This document shows positions 18,498 to 28,140 of a stretch of 64,000 nt of DNA, in pieces. The notes beneath the pieces were generated by a model, which did not search any database, was not told the origin of the DNA, and saw only the letters and a program-made list of their open reading frames with translations. The DNA is taken from NCBI GenBank assembly GCA_041390145.1, contig JAWKQM010000002.1:96235-160234 (forward strand). Direction: 5' to 3'. Source of the DNA: Gemmatimonadales bacterium. Its GTDB lineage: Bacteria > Gemmatimonadota > Gemmatimonadetes > Gemmatimonadales > GWC2-71-9. The stretch's first letter is position 1, and every line of letters begins with the position of its first letter. Made by a program: the position numbers and the translations under genes.

Positions 18498-20104
18498 CGC
18501 GGGCGCGCCGGGCCGCGCGCACGCGCCTGGCCGCGATCGACGTGGGGTCGAATTCCATCCGGCTCCTGGTCGCCGAGTACGACCCCGGCACGGGGCTGTC
18601 GCCGATCGATGAAATCAAGGCCCAGCCCCGGCTGGCCCAGGGGCTCGCCGCCACCGGACGGCTCGACCCGGAGGCCATCGAACGCGCGCTCGCGGCGCTC
18701 CGCCGCATGGCCGATGTGGCCCGGCGCCGCGGGGCCACCCGGATCGCGGCCGTGGCCACCGCCGCGGTGCGAGAAGCAAAGAACGGCGGCGAGTTTGTCC
18801 GCCGGGTGCGCGACGAAATCGGACTCCCCCTGCAGGTCATCACCACCGAGCACGAAGCCCAGCTCTCCTATCGGTCCGTCCGCCATCATTTCCGTCTCGA
18901 CAACACCAAGGCGCTCATCGCCGATATCGGCGGCGGGAGCCTGGAGCTCGTCGGCGCGGTGGACGGCCTCGTCGAGCTCAGCCGGTCATTGCCCTACGGC
19001 GCCGTCCGGCTGACGGAGCAGTTCATGCCGGGGAAGCGGGCGCAGCATCGCGAGGTCGGTGCCCTGCGCAAGCACCTGGCCAAGCGCCTCGCGCGCCAGC
19101 TCCCCAAGCGGGCCTGGACCGGGGCACGGATCATCGGCTCCGGCGGCACCTTCACCAACCTCGGTCGGATGGTGGTGGCCCGGCGCGGCGGCGACCCCAC
19201 GGAGCCGGTGCACGGCATCGAGATCACGGTCGCCGAGCTGGAGCACCTGCTGGAATGGCTCTCCACGCGCACCGCGGTGCAGCGCCGCAGCGTCCCGGGA
19301 CTCAACCCCGAGCGCGCGGACATCATCCTGGCGGGGCTCACCGTCATTGCCGCGCTGCTCGAACGCCTCGACGCCGGCAGCGTAACGGTCAGCGCCTACG
19401 GCCTGCGTGAGGGACTGTTGTGGGAGATGGTTGGGGCGTCCGCCGCCGATGCGCCCCCGGTCGACCCGATGCAGCTGGTGCGGGAGTTCGCCGACCGCTG
19501 CCGCACCGATCGCCAGCACGTCGAACAGGTTCGCCTGCTGGCGCTCTCGCTCTTCGACCAGATCGGCGAGGCCGTGGGGTGCGCGCCGGAGGAACGGCAC
19601 ATCCTCGAGGCCGCCAGCATCCTGCACGATGTCGGGCAGCTGGTGAGCTACAAGAGTCATCACCGACACAGCTACCAGCTGATCATGCATGCCGACCGCA
19701 TCGGCCTTGGCGCGCGCGAACGGTCACTCGTGGCGCTGGTCAGTCGATACCATCGCCGCCGCGGACCCAAGAAGTCCGACCCGCCCTTCGCCGCCCTGAC
19801 CCCTGACGACCAGGCGCTGGTCCGCCGCGTGGCCGGACTCCTCCGGGTCGCCGACGGTCTCGATCGCGGGCATACCGCGGTCGTCGATCAGGTGGTCGCA
19901 GAATTGACGCGGAAGAAACTCGTGTTGCGGATTGCCCCGAAGCGCGCCGGCGCCAACATGGCCCTCGAAGGATGGGCGGCGCGCCGCAAGGCCGATCTGC
20001 TGCAGAAGGTGCTGGGGCGCAAGATCACCATCACCGCGTCCCTGGCCCCGGCCCCCAAGGCCCGAAAGCGCGCTACTCCCCGTAAGGCACCCAGACGTTC
20101 TTGA
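18494..20104 (+). CDS. ppx: Exopolyphosphatase / guanosine pentaphosphate phosphohydrolase (Ppx/GppA) with C-terminal HD domain
   Basis: LAAIDVGSNSIRLLVAE and DIGGGSLEL are ASKHA-fold Ppx/GppA motifs. The C-terminal part has ILHDVG...HHRHSY, which is HD-like. The GTG start overlaps the phoU stop. Confidence 0.85.
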   Translation: MTRARRAARTRLAAIDVGSNSIRLLVAEYDPGTGLSPIDEIKAQPRLAQGLAATGRLDPEAIERALAALRRMADVARRRGATRIAAVATAAVREAKNGGEFVRRVRDEIGLPLQVITTEHEAQLSYRSVRHHFRLDNTKALIADIGGGSLELVGAVDGLVELSRSLPYGAVRLTEQFMPGKRAQHREVGALRKHLAKRLARQLPKRAWTGARIIGSGGTFTNLGRMVVARRGGDPTEPVHGIEITVAELEHLLEWLSTRTAVQRRSVPGLNPERADIILAGLTVIAALLERLDAGSVTVSAYGLREGLLWEMVGASAADAPPVDPMQLVREFADRCRTDRQHVEQVRLLALSLFDQIGEAVGCAPEERHILEAASILHDVGQLVSYKSHHRHSYQLIMHADRIGLGARERSLVALVSRYHRRRGPKKSDPPFAALTPDDQALVRRVAGLLRVADGLDRGHTAVVDQVVAELTRKKLVLRIAPKRAGANMALEGWAARRKADLLQKVLGRKITITASLAPAPKARKRATPRKAPRRS

Positions 20105-22472
20105 CCTGGGTGGCGTGACGGAGAAACCGCTCCCCCTCCCCGTCCACAGGCACCTCCCAGCGAACACCCCGGCCATGATCCACCCAGGTCTGTTTCAGGT
20201 TGCCCGCCGACAGTCGCTCCACCTCCGCGCTCCCCGCCGCTGACCCCCAGTACCACATCGCGTCCACGTCGTCGTGTGCCGCCAGCACCGCCGCCAGCTC
20301 CTCGCTGGGCCCGGTCACGATGTTGAGAGCGCCCCCGGGCAGGTCGGAGGTGTCCAGCACCTGGTAGAGATCAGTGGCAAGGAGCGGCCACCGGACAGAA
20401 GGCACCGCCACGACGGCGTTGCCCATGGCCAGTGGCGGAATCGTCGTGGAGATGAACCCCAGGAGGGGCCATTCCTCCGGGCAGACCACCGCCATGACTC
20501 CCAGCGGCTCCGGCATCGCGAGCGTCACGTTCCGGATTGGCGTATGGTGGACCCGCCCATCCCACTTGTCCGCCCAGGCGGCATAGCTGAAGAGTCGCGA
20601 CAGCGACATGTCCACCTCCTCCCGGCCCTGCTTCTTGCTCCGCCCGGTGAGGTCGACGATGCGGCTCACAAACTCGTCGCGGCGCGCGTCCAGGTTCTCG
20701 GCGATGTAGTACAGCACCTGGGCACGGAGATGCGCCGTGGCCCTGCCCCAGCCGCGCGCCGCATGGGCCGCCTCCACGGCGTTGCGGATGTCCTTCCGGT
20801 TGCCATGCCCCACCTCCCCCGCCACCGCACCCGACCGGTCATGCACGGGCAGGCTGTAGCCGGAATCGGGACGCACCTGCGCGCCGCCGATGTAGAGCTT
20901 GGGGGTACGGTCAATGGAAGGCTGGGCGGCGGGGCGGCGGGGCGACTTGGCCGTGGCGCCTGCGGAAGCCGAATAGGCGGTCGCCGCCCCCCTGCCCCCC
21001 TGCCCCGCGGCCCTGCCGTCCTTCACATACTCCCACAGCCCTTCTTTTCCCCCTTCGCGGCCGAATCCGCTCTCGCGATAACCGCCGAAGCCGGCGGCGG
21101 CGTCGAACACGTTGGTGCAGTTGACCCAGACCGAGCCGGCCTTGACCTTCGGGGCGATATCGAGCGCGAGGTTGATGCTCTCCGTCCACACGCTGGCGGC
21201 CAGGCCGTACCGGGTGTTGTTGGCGAGCTCCACCGCCTCCGTCGGGGTCCGGAAGCTCATCATCACCACGACGGGTCCGAATATTTCGACCTGGGCCACC
21301 GTCGCGGACGGCGCCACGTCGGTGAAGAGCGTGGGGGGATAGAAGTAACCCTCGGTCGGGCAGCTCCATGACGGCTGCCACATCCGGCCCCCCTCCTCCT
21401 CCCCCTTCGCCACCAGCTCGCGGATCTTCTCGAGCTGCACCGGCGCAATGATGGCACCGATGTCGATGGCCTTGTCGAGCGGGTCGCCGATGCGGAGGGT
21501 CTCCATGCGCGCCTTGAGCCGCGCCTCCAGCTTGGGCGCAATCCCCTCCTGCGCCAGGATGCGCGACCCCGCGCAGCACACCTGCCCCTGGTTGAACCAG
21601 ATCGCGTCCACAACGCCCTCGACCACACTGTCGAGGTCGGCGTCGTCGAACACGATGAAGGGGGACTTTCCGCCGAGCTCGAGCGAGAGCTTCTTGCCAC
21701 TCCCGGCGGTGGCGACCCGGATGAGGCGGCCGACGTCAGTCGAGCCGGTGAAGGCAATCTTGTCCACGCCGGGATGGGCCACCAGGGCGGCGCCGGTCCG
21801 GCCATCGCCGGTGATGATGTTGACGACCCCGGCGGGCAACCCCGCCTCCTCGCACAGCTCGGCGAACAGCAACGCCGTCAGCGAGGTGAATTCCGCCGGC
21901 TTGAGCACCACGGTGTTTCCCATGGCCAGCGCCGGCGCAATCTTCCACGCCAGCATCAGCATCGGGAAATTCCACGGAATGATCTGGCCGGCGACACCGA
22001 CCGGCTCCATGCCGGGGAGTTCCCGCTCCATCAACTGTGCCCAGCCGGCGTGGTGGTAGAAATGCCGCGCCACCAGCGGAATGTCGATGTCGCGCGACTC
22101 GCGGATCGGCTTTCCGTTGTCGAGCGACTCCACCACCGAGAGCAGCCGCGCGTTCCGCTGCACCGCACGGGCGAGGGCATAGAGGTGTCGGGCGCGCGCG
22201 TGCCCGCCAATCGCCCACCACCCCGGCTGGGCCTCGCGCGCCGCGGCGACGGCACGATCCACGTCGGCGTCCGAGGCCTGGGTTACCCGGGCGAGTGGCC
22301 GTCCGGTCCCCGGGTTGACCGTCTCGAAGAGCTCACCTGGCGCCGTCCACGCCCCTCCAAGAAACAGCCCGAAACGTCCGTCATGCCGCGCGAGCCACTC
22401 CTCGGCGGGCTTCGCGGATTCGGGCGCGGGCCCGTACGCCATCGAGGCGAAGATCTCGGGGATGGTTGCCAT
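20073..22472 (-). CDS. Fused aldehyde dehydrogenase: complete catalytic ALDH domain plus a C-terminal truncated ALDH-like domain
   Basis: I start it at ATG 22472 (MATIPEIF). Domain 1 has LELGGKSP and FNQGQVCCAGSR, the catalytic Glu and Cys. After a low-complexity linker, a second ALDH-like N-terminal/NAD-binding-type region follows (LYIGGAQV...EPLGVMAVVCPEEWPLL...GNAVVAVPS). I could not see the catalytic Cys motif in it. Confidence 0.75.
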   Translation of the reverse strand: MATIPEIFASMAYGPAPESAKPAEEWLARHDGRFGLFLGGAWTAPGELFETVNPGTGRPLARVTQASDADVDRAVAAAREAQPGWWAIGGHARARHLYALARAVQRNARLLSVVESLDNGKPIRESRDIDIPLVARHFYHHAGWAQLMERELPGMEPVGVAGQIIPWNFPMLMLAWKIAPALAMGNTVVLKPAEFTSLTALLFAELCEEAGLPAGVVNIITGDGRTGAALVAHPGVDKIAFTGSTDVGRLIRVATAGSGKKLSLELGGKSPFIVFDDADLDSVVEGVVDAIWFNQGQVCCAGSRILAQEGIAPKLEARLKARMETLRIGDPLDKAIDIGAIIAPVQLEKIRELVAKGEEEGGRMWQPSWSCPTEGYFYPPTLFTDVAPSATVAQVEIFGPVVVMMSFRTPTEAVELANNTRYGLAASVWTESINLALDIAPKVKAGSVWVNCTNVFDAAAGFGGYRESGFGREGGKEGLWEYVKDGRAAGQGGRGAATAYSASAGATAKSPRRPAAQPSIDRTPKLYIGGAQVRPDSGYSLPVHDRSGAVAGEVGHGNRKDIRNAVEAAHAARGWGRATAHLRAQVLYYIAENLDARRDEFVSRIVDLTGRSKKQGREEVDMSLSRLFSYAAWADKWDGRVHHTPIRNVTLAMPEPLGVMAVVCPEEWPLLGFISTTIPPLAMGNAVVAVPSVRWPLLATDLYQVLDTSDLPGGALNIVTGPSEELAAVLAAHDDVDAMWYWGSAAGSAEVERLSAGNLKQTWVDHGRGVRWEVPVDGEGERFLRHATQVKNVWVPYGE

Positions 22473-22504
22473 GGCGGAGTCCTTAGGTCGTCGGCCCGTG
22501 AATG

Positions 22505-23509
22505 CTACGCCAGCGGGTGGCGATGCGAGGCCGAGTAGCGGCCGGTGACGAAATATTCGAGTTGCCGTTCGATGTCGGTCAGCAGTCCGCTCGCCCCGAA
22601 CCGGAAGAGCTCCGGGCGGAGCCACAGATCGCCCAGTTCGTCCTTCATCATGGCGAGCCAGTCCAGCGAGTCCTTTGCGGTGCGGATCCCACCGGCGGGC
22701 TTGAATCCCACTCGGCTGTCCGTGCGCTCGAGGTAGTCCCGGATGGCGCGCGCCATCACCAGCCCGACAGGGAGTGTCGCGTTGACCGGCTCCTTGCCGG
22801 TGGAGGTCTTGATGAAGTCGGCGCCGGCCATCATCGCCACCACGCTGGCCCGCGCCACGTTGCGGAGCGTGCCGAGTTCACCCGTCCCGAGGATCACCTT
22901 GATGTGGGCATCGCCGCAGGCATCGCGAAAGGTCCGGACCTCGTCGTACAGCGCCTGCCAGTCTCCGCCGAGCACATGTCCCCGGGTGATGACCACGTCG
23001 ATTTCATCCGCCCCCGCCTCGACCGAGGCGCGAATCTCCGCCACCCGCTGGGGGAACGGGCTGAGTCCGGCAGGAAATCCGGTGGAGACGGCGGCCACCG
23101 GAATGCCGGTGCCGCGCAACGCTTCCACCGCCGCCGGCACGAGGCTGTGGTAAACGCAGACCGCCGCCACCCGAATGCCAAGTCCTTCGGCGCCCAGGGC
23201 GGCGAGGAGGTCCTCCCGGACCGGCGCACGGGCCTTGGCACAGAGGCGGCGCACCCGGGCCGGGGTGTCGTCGCCCTGCAGGGTGGTGAGGTCCATCAGG
23301 GTGATGGCGCGGAGGAGCCAGGCCGCCTGGTATTCCTTCTTGACCGTGCGCCGCTTGGGAATCGTGGCGGCCCGACGCTCGATGGCGCTCCGGTTGGCGC
23401 GGATGGCCTGGACCCAGGACAAATCGAGTGGCACCCCGGGATTGCGGGGATGTACCGAGACTGGAAGGTCCGCCGGCGGCGCGCCAGGGCGGCTTGGACT
23501 CGTGGGCAT
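22505..23509 (-). CDS. deoC: Deoxyribose-phosphate aldolase (long form)
   Basis: DLTTLQGDDT, VAAVCVY and FIKTSTGK (Schiff-base Lys region). 334 aa. It lies 32 nt upstream of the ALDH gene on the same strand. Confidence 0.85.
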   Translation of the reverse strand: MPTSPSRPGAPPADLPVSVHPRNPGVPLDLSWVQAIRANRSAIERRAATIPKRRTVKKEYQAAWLLRAITLMDLTTLQGDDTPARVRRLCAKARAPVREDLLAALGAEGLGIRVAAVCVYHSLVPAAVEALRGTGIPVAAVSTGFPAGLSPFPQRVAEIRASVEAGADEIDVVITRGHVLGGDWQALYDEVRTFRDACGDAHIKVILGTGELGTLRNVARASVVAMMAGADFIKTSTGKEPVNATLPVGLVMARAIRDYLERTDSRVGFKPAGGIRTAKDSLDWLAMMKDELGDLWLRPELFRFGASGLLTDIERQLEYFVTGRYSASHRHPLA

Positions 23510-23701
23510 TCAGCTCCCCGTCGATGGGCAGATGGCCTGCGCCGCAGGCCTGCATGGAACAGCCCTAATATATGGTATCCCGGCACCGCTGGCGGCGCAG
23601 CCGCACCGGCGGCATCTTCCAGAGTCCGTATTGCACAACTTTCAGCCAAGCGTACCTTCATGGGACTCCCCCTCTTCACTTGTCACAGGACGTGGACTTC
23701 G

Positions 23702-25945
23702 ATGCGCTACCGCACCCTGCCGCTCGTACTGCTCGCTACCACCCTCCTCACTGCCACGAGCGAGGCGCAGGACAAGAAGACCTTTGCCAATGTGACTGAA
23801 GCGCTGCAGGCGTCCGGGGCCATGGCCGGCCAATCGGGGCCACGCAGTGTCAACTGGATTGACGGCGGCAAGCGCTATTCCTACACCATTCGTGGGGCCG
23901 ACGGCGAGGAGATTCGCGCAACCGACCCCGCCACCGGCAGCGACACCCTGCTCTTCTCCGCCAAGGGGGTCACCTTCCCGGACACCGCGGCGCCGTTCCG
24001 CTACCGGTCGTTTCAGTTCGCACAGGATTCGAAGCACCTGGTGTTCCAGACCCGGTTCAAGCAGATCTACCGGCGCTCGGGAAGCTCCGACTACTTCGTC
24101 TATTCGCTGGCCGACAAGTCCATGCAGCTGGCGGCCAAGGGCGCCCAGACCGGCGAGCTCTCGCCGAACGGGGCGCTCTTCGGGTACGAACTCGGCGGCG
24201 ACCTGTACGTCCGGGATCTGGCCAGCAACGCCGACAAGCGCCTCACCACCGGGGCCACCGAGACGTTGCACAATGGCCGCTTTGACTGGGTCTACGAGGA
24301 AGAGTTCGGGATGGCCCAGGCGTGGAACTGGTCGCCGGACAGCCGGCATCTGGCCTACTGGCAGGTCGACGAGAGCGCCGAGCCGATCATCCAGCTGTCG
24401 AACTACGAGGGGGCGCATCCGGAATGGGACAAGCTGCGCATCCCGCAGCCAGGCGACTCCAATCCAAAGGTTCGCATCGGCGTGGTGAATGTCGCCACCG
24501 GAAAGCAGGTGTGGCTCGACACCAAGGCCACGGGTGACTTCTACATCCCCCGGATCTACTGGACCAGCGCCCCCGACACGCTGGCGGTGCTTGAGCTGAA
24601 CCGGAAGCAGAACACCCTCCGGCTCTTCTTCTTCAACGTGAACGATGCAGGCAGCCGGCTGGTGCGGACCTGGACGAGCGACACCTGGCTCGACGTGTAC
24701 GACTTCTACGCCGGCATCCAGGACATGATGACCTTCCCGGCCGGCAGTCGGGAGTTCTTCTGGATCTCCGACCAGGACGGCTGGCAGCACATCTACCGCT
24801 ACGACTACTCCGGGAAGCTGATCAACCAGATCACCAGCGGGCCCTACACGGTGACGAGGATCGAGGGCACCGACCCCGCCCGCAAGATGATCTACTACAG
24901 CTCCACGGAGGCCTCGCCGCTGCAGCGCCAGCTCTACGCCGTGCGATTTGACGGCAAGGGGAAAAAGCGGCTGACCAAGGCGCCTGGCACCCACGCCATC
25001 GACATGGCGCCCAACGCCGGGTACTACATCGATCGCTGGTCGTCCACCACGCAGCCGAGACAGGTCGAGCTGTGGGCCACCGGCGGCAAGTTGCTCAAGC
25101 AGCTGGAGGACAACGCGGCCGTCACGACATGGCTGTCGACCAACGCGTATTCCCCCGTGGAACTTTTCCAGTTCACCACTTCCGACGGCCAGGTGCTCGA
25201 CGGCTCGATGATCAAGCCGCCCGACTTCAACCCGGCCAAGAAGTATCCCGTCATTCTCGCCATCTACGGCAGCCCCGGATCGCAGCAGGTCTATGACCGC
25301 TTCGGATCGAACGGGGTGGACCAGTGGCGCGCCCAGCAAGGCTATATCATCGTGGGCCTCAACAACCGGGGCTCCAACAACTACGGCAGCGCCTTCATGA
25401 AGCAGGTCTACCGGCACCTCGGGAAGTACGAGGCGATGGATTTTGCGGAGACCGCCCGGTGGTTGTCCAGGCAGTCATATGTGGATGGAAGCCGGATCGC
25501 GATCGACGGCACCAGCTATGGCGGATACAGCGTGCTGTACACGATGGCCGCGTACCCGGAGGTATTTGCGTCCGGTATTGCCAACTCGGCGGTCACCGAC
25601 TGGCGCTTGTACGACACGATTTACACCGAACGGTACATGGACATCCTGCCCGACAACGCCGCGGGTTACGACAGTTCCGCGGTGAACCCCCGGGCCGGGC
25701 GCATCAAGGGCAAGCTGCTCGTCATCCATTCGATGATGGACGACAACGTGCATCCCGTGAATACGATGCAGTTCCTGACCGCCGCGACCGACGCCGGCGT
25801 GGATGCCGAGCTCCGGATCTACCCGCCGGGGCGCCACGGGGCGGCGTACAACTTCCCCAGCTTCAAGATGATCCAGGAAGTCACCGACCGGTTCCTCGCC
25901 CGGACCATCGGCGGCGGGACGACCATGGCCGGGAGCACCCCGTAG
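23702..25945 (+). CDS. Dipeptidyl-peptidase IV (S9B prolyl oligopeptidase family)
   Basis: The real start is ATG 23702 (MRYRTLPLVLLATTLLTATSEAQ signal) inside a 1147-aa track ORF. It has a DPP-IV N-terminal propeller region (FDWVYEEEF) and the catalytic Ser motif DGTSYGGYS. Confidence 0.85.
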   Translation: MRYRTLPLVLLATTLLTATSEAQDKKTFANVTEALQASGAMAGQSGPRSVNWIDGGKRYSYTIRGADGEEIRATDPATGSDTLLFSAKGVTFPDTAAPFRYRSFQFAQDSKHLVFQTRFKQIYRRSGSSDYFVYSLADKSMQLAAKGAQTGELSPNGALFGYELGGDLYVRDLASNADKRLTTGATETLHNGRFDWVYEEEFGMAQAWNWSPDSRHLAYWQVDESAEPIIQLSNYEGAHPEWDKLRIPQPGDSNPKVRIGVVNVATGKQVWLDTKATGDFYIPRIYWTSAPDTLAVLELNRKQNTLRLFFFNVNDAGSRLVRTWTSDTWLDVYDFYAGIQDMMTFPAGSREFFWISDQDGWQHIYRYDYSGKLINQITSGPYTVTRIEGTDPARKMIYYSSTEASPLQRQLYAVRFDGKGKKRLTKAPGTHAIDMAPNAGYYIDRWSSTTQPRQVELWATGGKLLKQLEDNAAVTTWLSTNAYSPVELFQFTTSDGQVLDGSMIKPPDFNPAKKYPVILAIYGSPGSQQVYDRFGSNGVDQWRAQQGYIIVGLNNRGSNNYGSAFMKQVYRHLGKYEAMDFAETARWLSRQSYVDGSRIAIDGTSYGGYSVLYTMAAYPEVFASGIANSAVTDWRLYDTIYTERYMDILPDNAAGYDSSAVNPRAGRIKGKLLVIHSMMDDNVHPVNTMQFLTAATDAGVDAELRIYPPGRHGAAYNFPSFKMIQEVTDRFLARTIGGGTTMAGSTP

Positions 25946-25966
25946 GTGCCTTCGAAAGGGGACCGC

Positions 25967-26857
25967 ATGACTGCGTACTCCGAGACGCCTCCAGGTGTGG
26001 CCTCGACGCGCAAGCCGACGGACGAGGAAGTCGACGTCTACGGCCTGACACACACGGGCAGTGTCCGGCAGCAGAACCAGGACCACTTCCTGATCGCCTC
26101 GCTCAAGCGGCAGGTCCAGATCCACCGGACCAGCCTGCCGGACGGGAGTCGCTGGCCCGCGGCAGAGCGCCTCGCGTTCCTGGCGATGGTGGCTGACGGG
26201 GTGGGCGGCAGCTCGCACGGGGAAGAGGCGAGCCGCCTGGCCGTGGAAGCCGTCACCGAATACGTGGCGCAGAGCATGCGAGCCTACTATACCGCGGACG
26301 CCGTCGCGGACGACCAGTTCGCGGCCGCCCTTCAGGAGGCGGCCATGCGTACCCACGAGCGCGTGGTCGAGCGCGCCAAGGCCGATCCCGGCGGCCGCAA
26401 CATGGCCACGACCCTCACGCTCTTTCTCGGCGTCTGGCCGTGGGCGTACCTCCTCCAGCTGGGAGACAGCCGGTGCTATCTCCTGCGGGACGGCGCGCTC
26501 ACCCAGATCACCCGCGACCAGACCATGGCCCAGGAACTGGTGGACCAGGGGGTGCTGACCCGCGCGGACGCGCCCCGGACCCGATGGGCGCACGTGCTCT
26601 CGAGCGCCATCGGCGGCCACCAGACCGCGCCGGTGGTCACGCGCGTGGAGAGCGTCTGGAACCAGGTCTTTCTGCTGTGCAGCGACGGGCTGACGAAGCA
26701 CGTCTCCGACGAGAAGATCGCGGAACGATTGAAGTCCATGACCTCCTCGCAGCAGGTGTGCGAACAGTTGCTCGCCGATGCGCTGGAAGACGGCGGGAGC
26801 GACAACATCTCGATCGTGGTCGGACGGGCGGTGCAGGCGCCCGAGGCGGTCGGGTGA
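25967..26857 (+). CDS. PP2C-family Ser/Thr protein phosphatase
   Basis: THTGSVRQQNQDHF, VADGVGG, LQLGDSRCY, LCSDGL and GGSDNISIVV are PP2C motifs. ATG 25967 is preceded by AAGGGGA. GTG 25946, directly abutting the DPP-IV stop, is an alternative start. Confidence 0.85.
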   Translation: MTAYSETPPGVASTRKPTDEEVDVYGLTHTGSVRQQNQDHFLIASLKRQVQIHRTSLPDGSRWPAAERLAFLAMVADGVGGSSHGEEASRLAVEAVTEYVAQSMRAYYTADAVADDQFAAALQEAAMRTHERVVERAKADPGGRNMATTLTLFLGVWPWAYLLQLGDSRCYLLRDGALTQITRDQTMAQELVDQGVLTRADAPRTRWAHVLSSAIGGHQTAPVVTRVESVWNQVFLLCSDGLTKHVSDEKIAERLKSMTSSQQVCEQLLADALEDGGSDNISIVVGRAVQAPEAVG

Positions 26858-26891
26858 CGGCTCGACCGCGCTGCGCCCCTGCCCTCCCCCG

Positions 26892-28049
26892 GTGACCCTC
26901 CCACGCATCCTGCTCGTCAACGATCACCCCGCCGGGGGTGGGATCGGCCGGTATACGCTGGAGCTCCGTCACGCGCTGCGCGCCCTCGCTCCGCCCCCGT
27001 TCCGGGTCGACCTCCTGCTCCAGAACGTGCCGGGCCGGGTGGACCCGGACGAATGGCACTCCCCCGAGGACACGCGCGACGGGTCGACCCTGACCGTTCA
27101 GCCCCGACCATGGTGGGCCAAGCGCCGGGGATTCGGTACCGTCTACCTGCTCAACTCGCACTGCTACTTTCCGCGGCGCGTCCCGAAAGGGTACGATCTT
27201 TACCATTTCTCGAGCCAGATGATGGGGGCCGGCGTGGGGCATGCCGCGCCGGCCGTGGTGACGGTGCATGACCTCATCGCCGTGCGACTCCGTGCCAATC
27301 ACCCTGGGCTTTCCACCCGATTGCGCCGCCGGCATTTTCGGCCGCTGCGACGGGCGCGAGAACTGATCTTCATTTCGGAGTCCTCTCGCCAGGACTTCCT
27401 CTCGGCCTACGACTACCCGGAGTCGCAGACCTGCGTGATCCATCACGGGGTGCGCCCAACCTTCGCCCCGCAGGATCGAGAAGCCAGTCGACGCGCGCTT
27501 GGCCTGGAGCCGGGCCGCCCGGTCCTGCTGCACGTCGGAAGCGAGGAGCGGCGCAAGAACGTGGAGACGCTGCTCGACGCGATCGCCCTGCTGGTGCGGC
27601 GACATCCCGACCTCCTGCTGCTCCGGGTTGGCGGTTCGAGTGCGCGAAGTCGCAAGCGGATTGCCCGGCACCATCTCGAGCGCCACGTCCGCTATCTCCC
27701 CAGCCTCCCCGAGGACCGGCTCGTCGGCGCGTACGCCGCGGCCGACCTCTTCGTCTTTCCGTCCTACTTCGAGGGGTTCGGTCTTCCCGTGCTTGAGGCG
27801 ATGAGCGTGGGCTGCCCCGTCATTGCAGCCCGGGCGACGTCAATCCCGGAAGTGACGGGCGACGCGGCCGTCCTGGTCGAGCCGATGGATGCGGTCGCGC
27901 TCGCCGATGCCATCGACGGCTTGCTCGGCGATCCGGCCCGACGCGCCTCCCTCACCCGGGCCGGTATTGCGCGCGCCGCCCCGTTCACCTGGGACCGCGC
28001 CGCACGGCAGACCGCGGCGGCGTACCGGCGGGCGCTGGACGCCCGCTGA
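26892..28049 (+). CDS. Glycosyltransferase, GT4 (GT-B fold) family
   Basis: C-terminal EGFGLPVLEAMSVGCPVIA (the E-x7-E motif region). I infer the GTG 26892 start because it follows the PP2C stop. The track ORF starts earlier, inside PP2C. Confidence 0.8.
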   Translation: MTLPRILLVNDHPAGGGIGRYTLELRHALRALAPPPFRVDLLLQNVPGRVDPDEWHSPEDTRDGSTLTVQPRPWWAKRRGFGTVYLLNSHCYFPRRVPKGYDLYHFSSQMMGAGVGHAAPAVVTVHDLIAVRLRANHPGLSTRLRRRHFRPLRRARELIFISESSRQDFLSAYDYPESQTCVIHHGVRPTFAPQDREASRRALGLEPGRPVLLHVGSEERRKNVETLLDAIALLVRRHPDLLLLRVGGSSARSRKRIARHHLERHVRYLPSLPEDRLVGAYAAADLFVFPSYFEGFGLPVLEAMSVGCPVIAARATSIPEVTGDAAVLVEPMDAVALADAIDGLLGDPARRASLTRAGIARAAPFTWDRAARQTAAAYRRALDAR

Positions 28050-28140
28050 CGGCCCCCGACTTCCTCGCTGCCCGAGGGTAACGTATCATTGGTGCTGTGG
28101 CGCCGACCGCACGAGCCTCCTTCACACGGAAACGAGTGAC

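Noticed and set aside
22502-23701. N-terminal 400 aa of the 1147-aa plus-strand ORF 22502-25945.
   Set aside because: It is antisense to deoC. DPP-IV homology, with a signal peptide, begins at ATG 23702. The upstream translation has no recognisable features.
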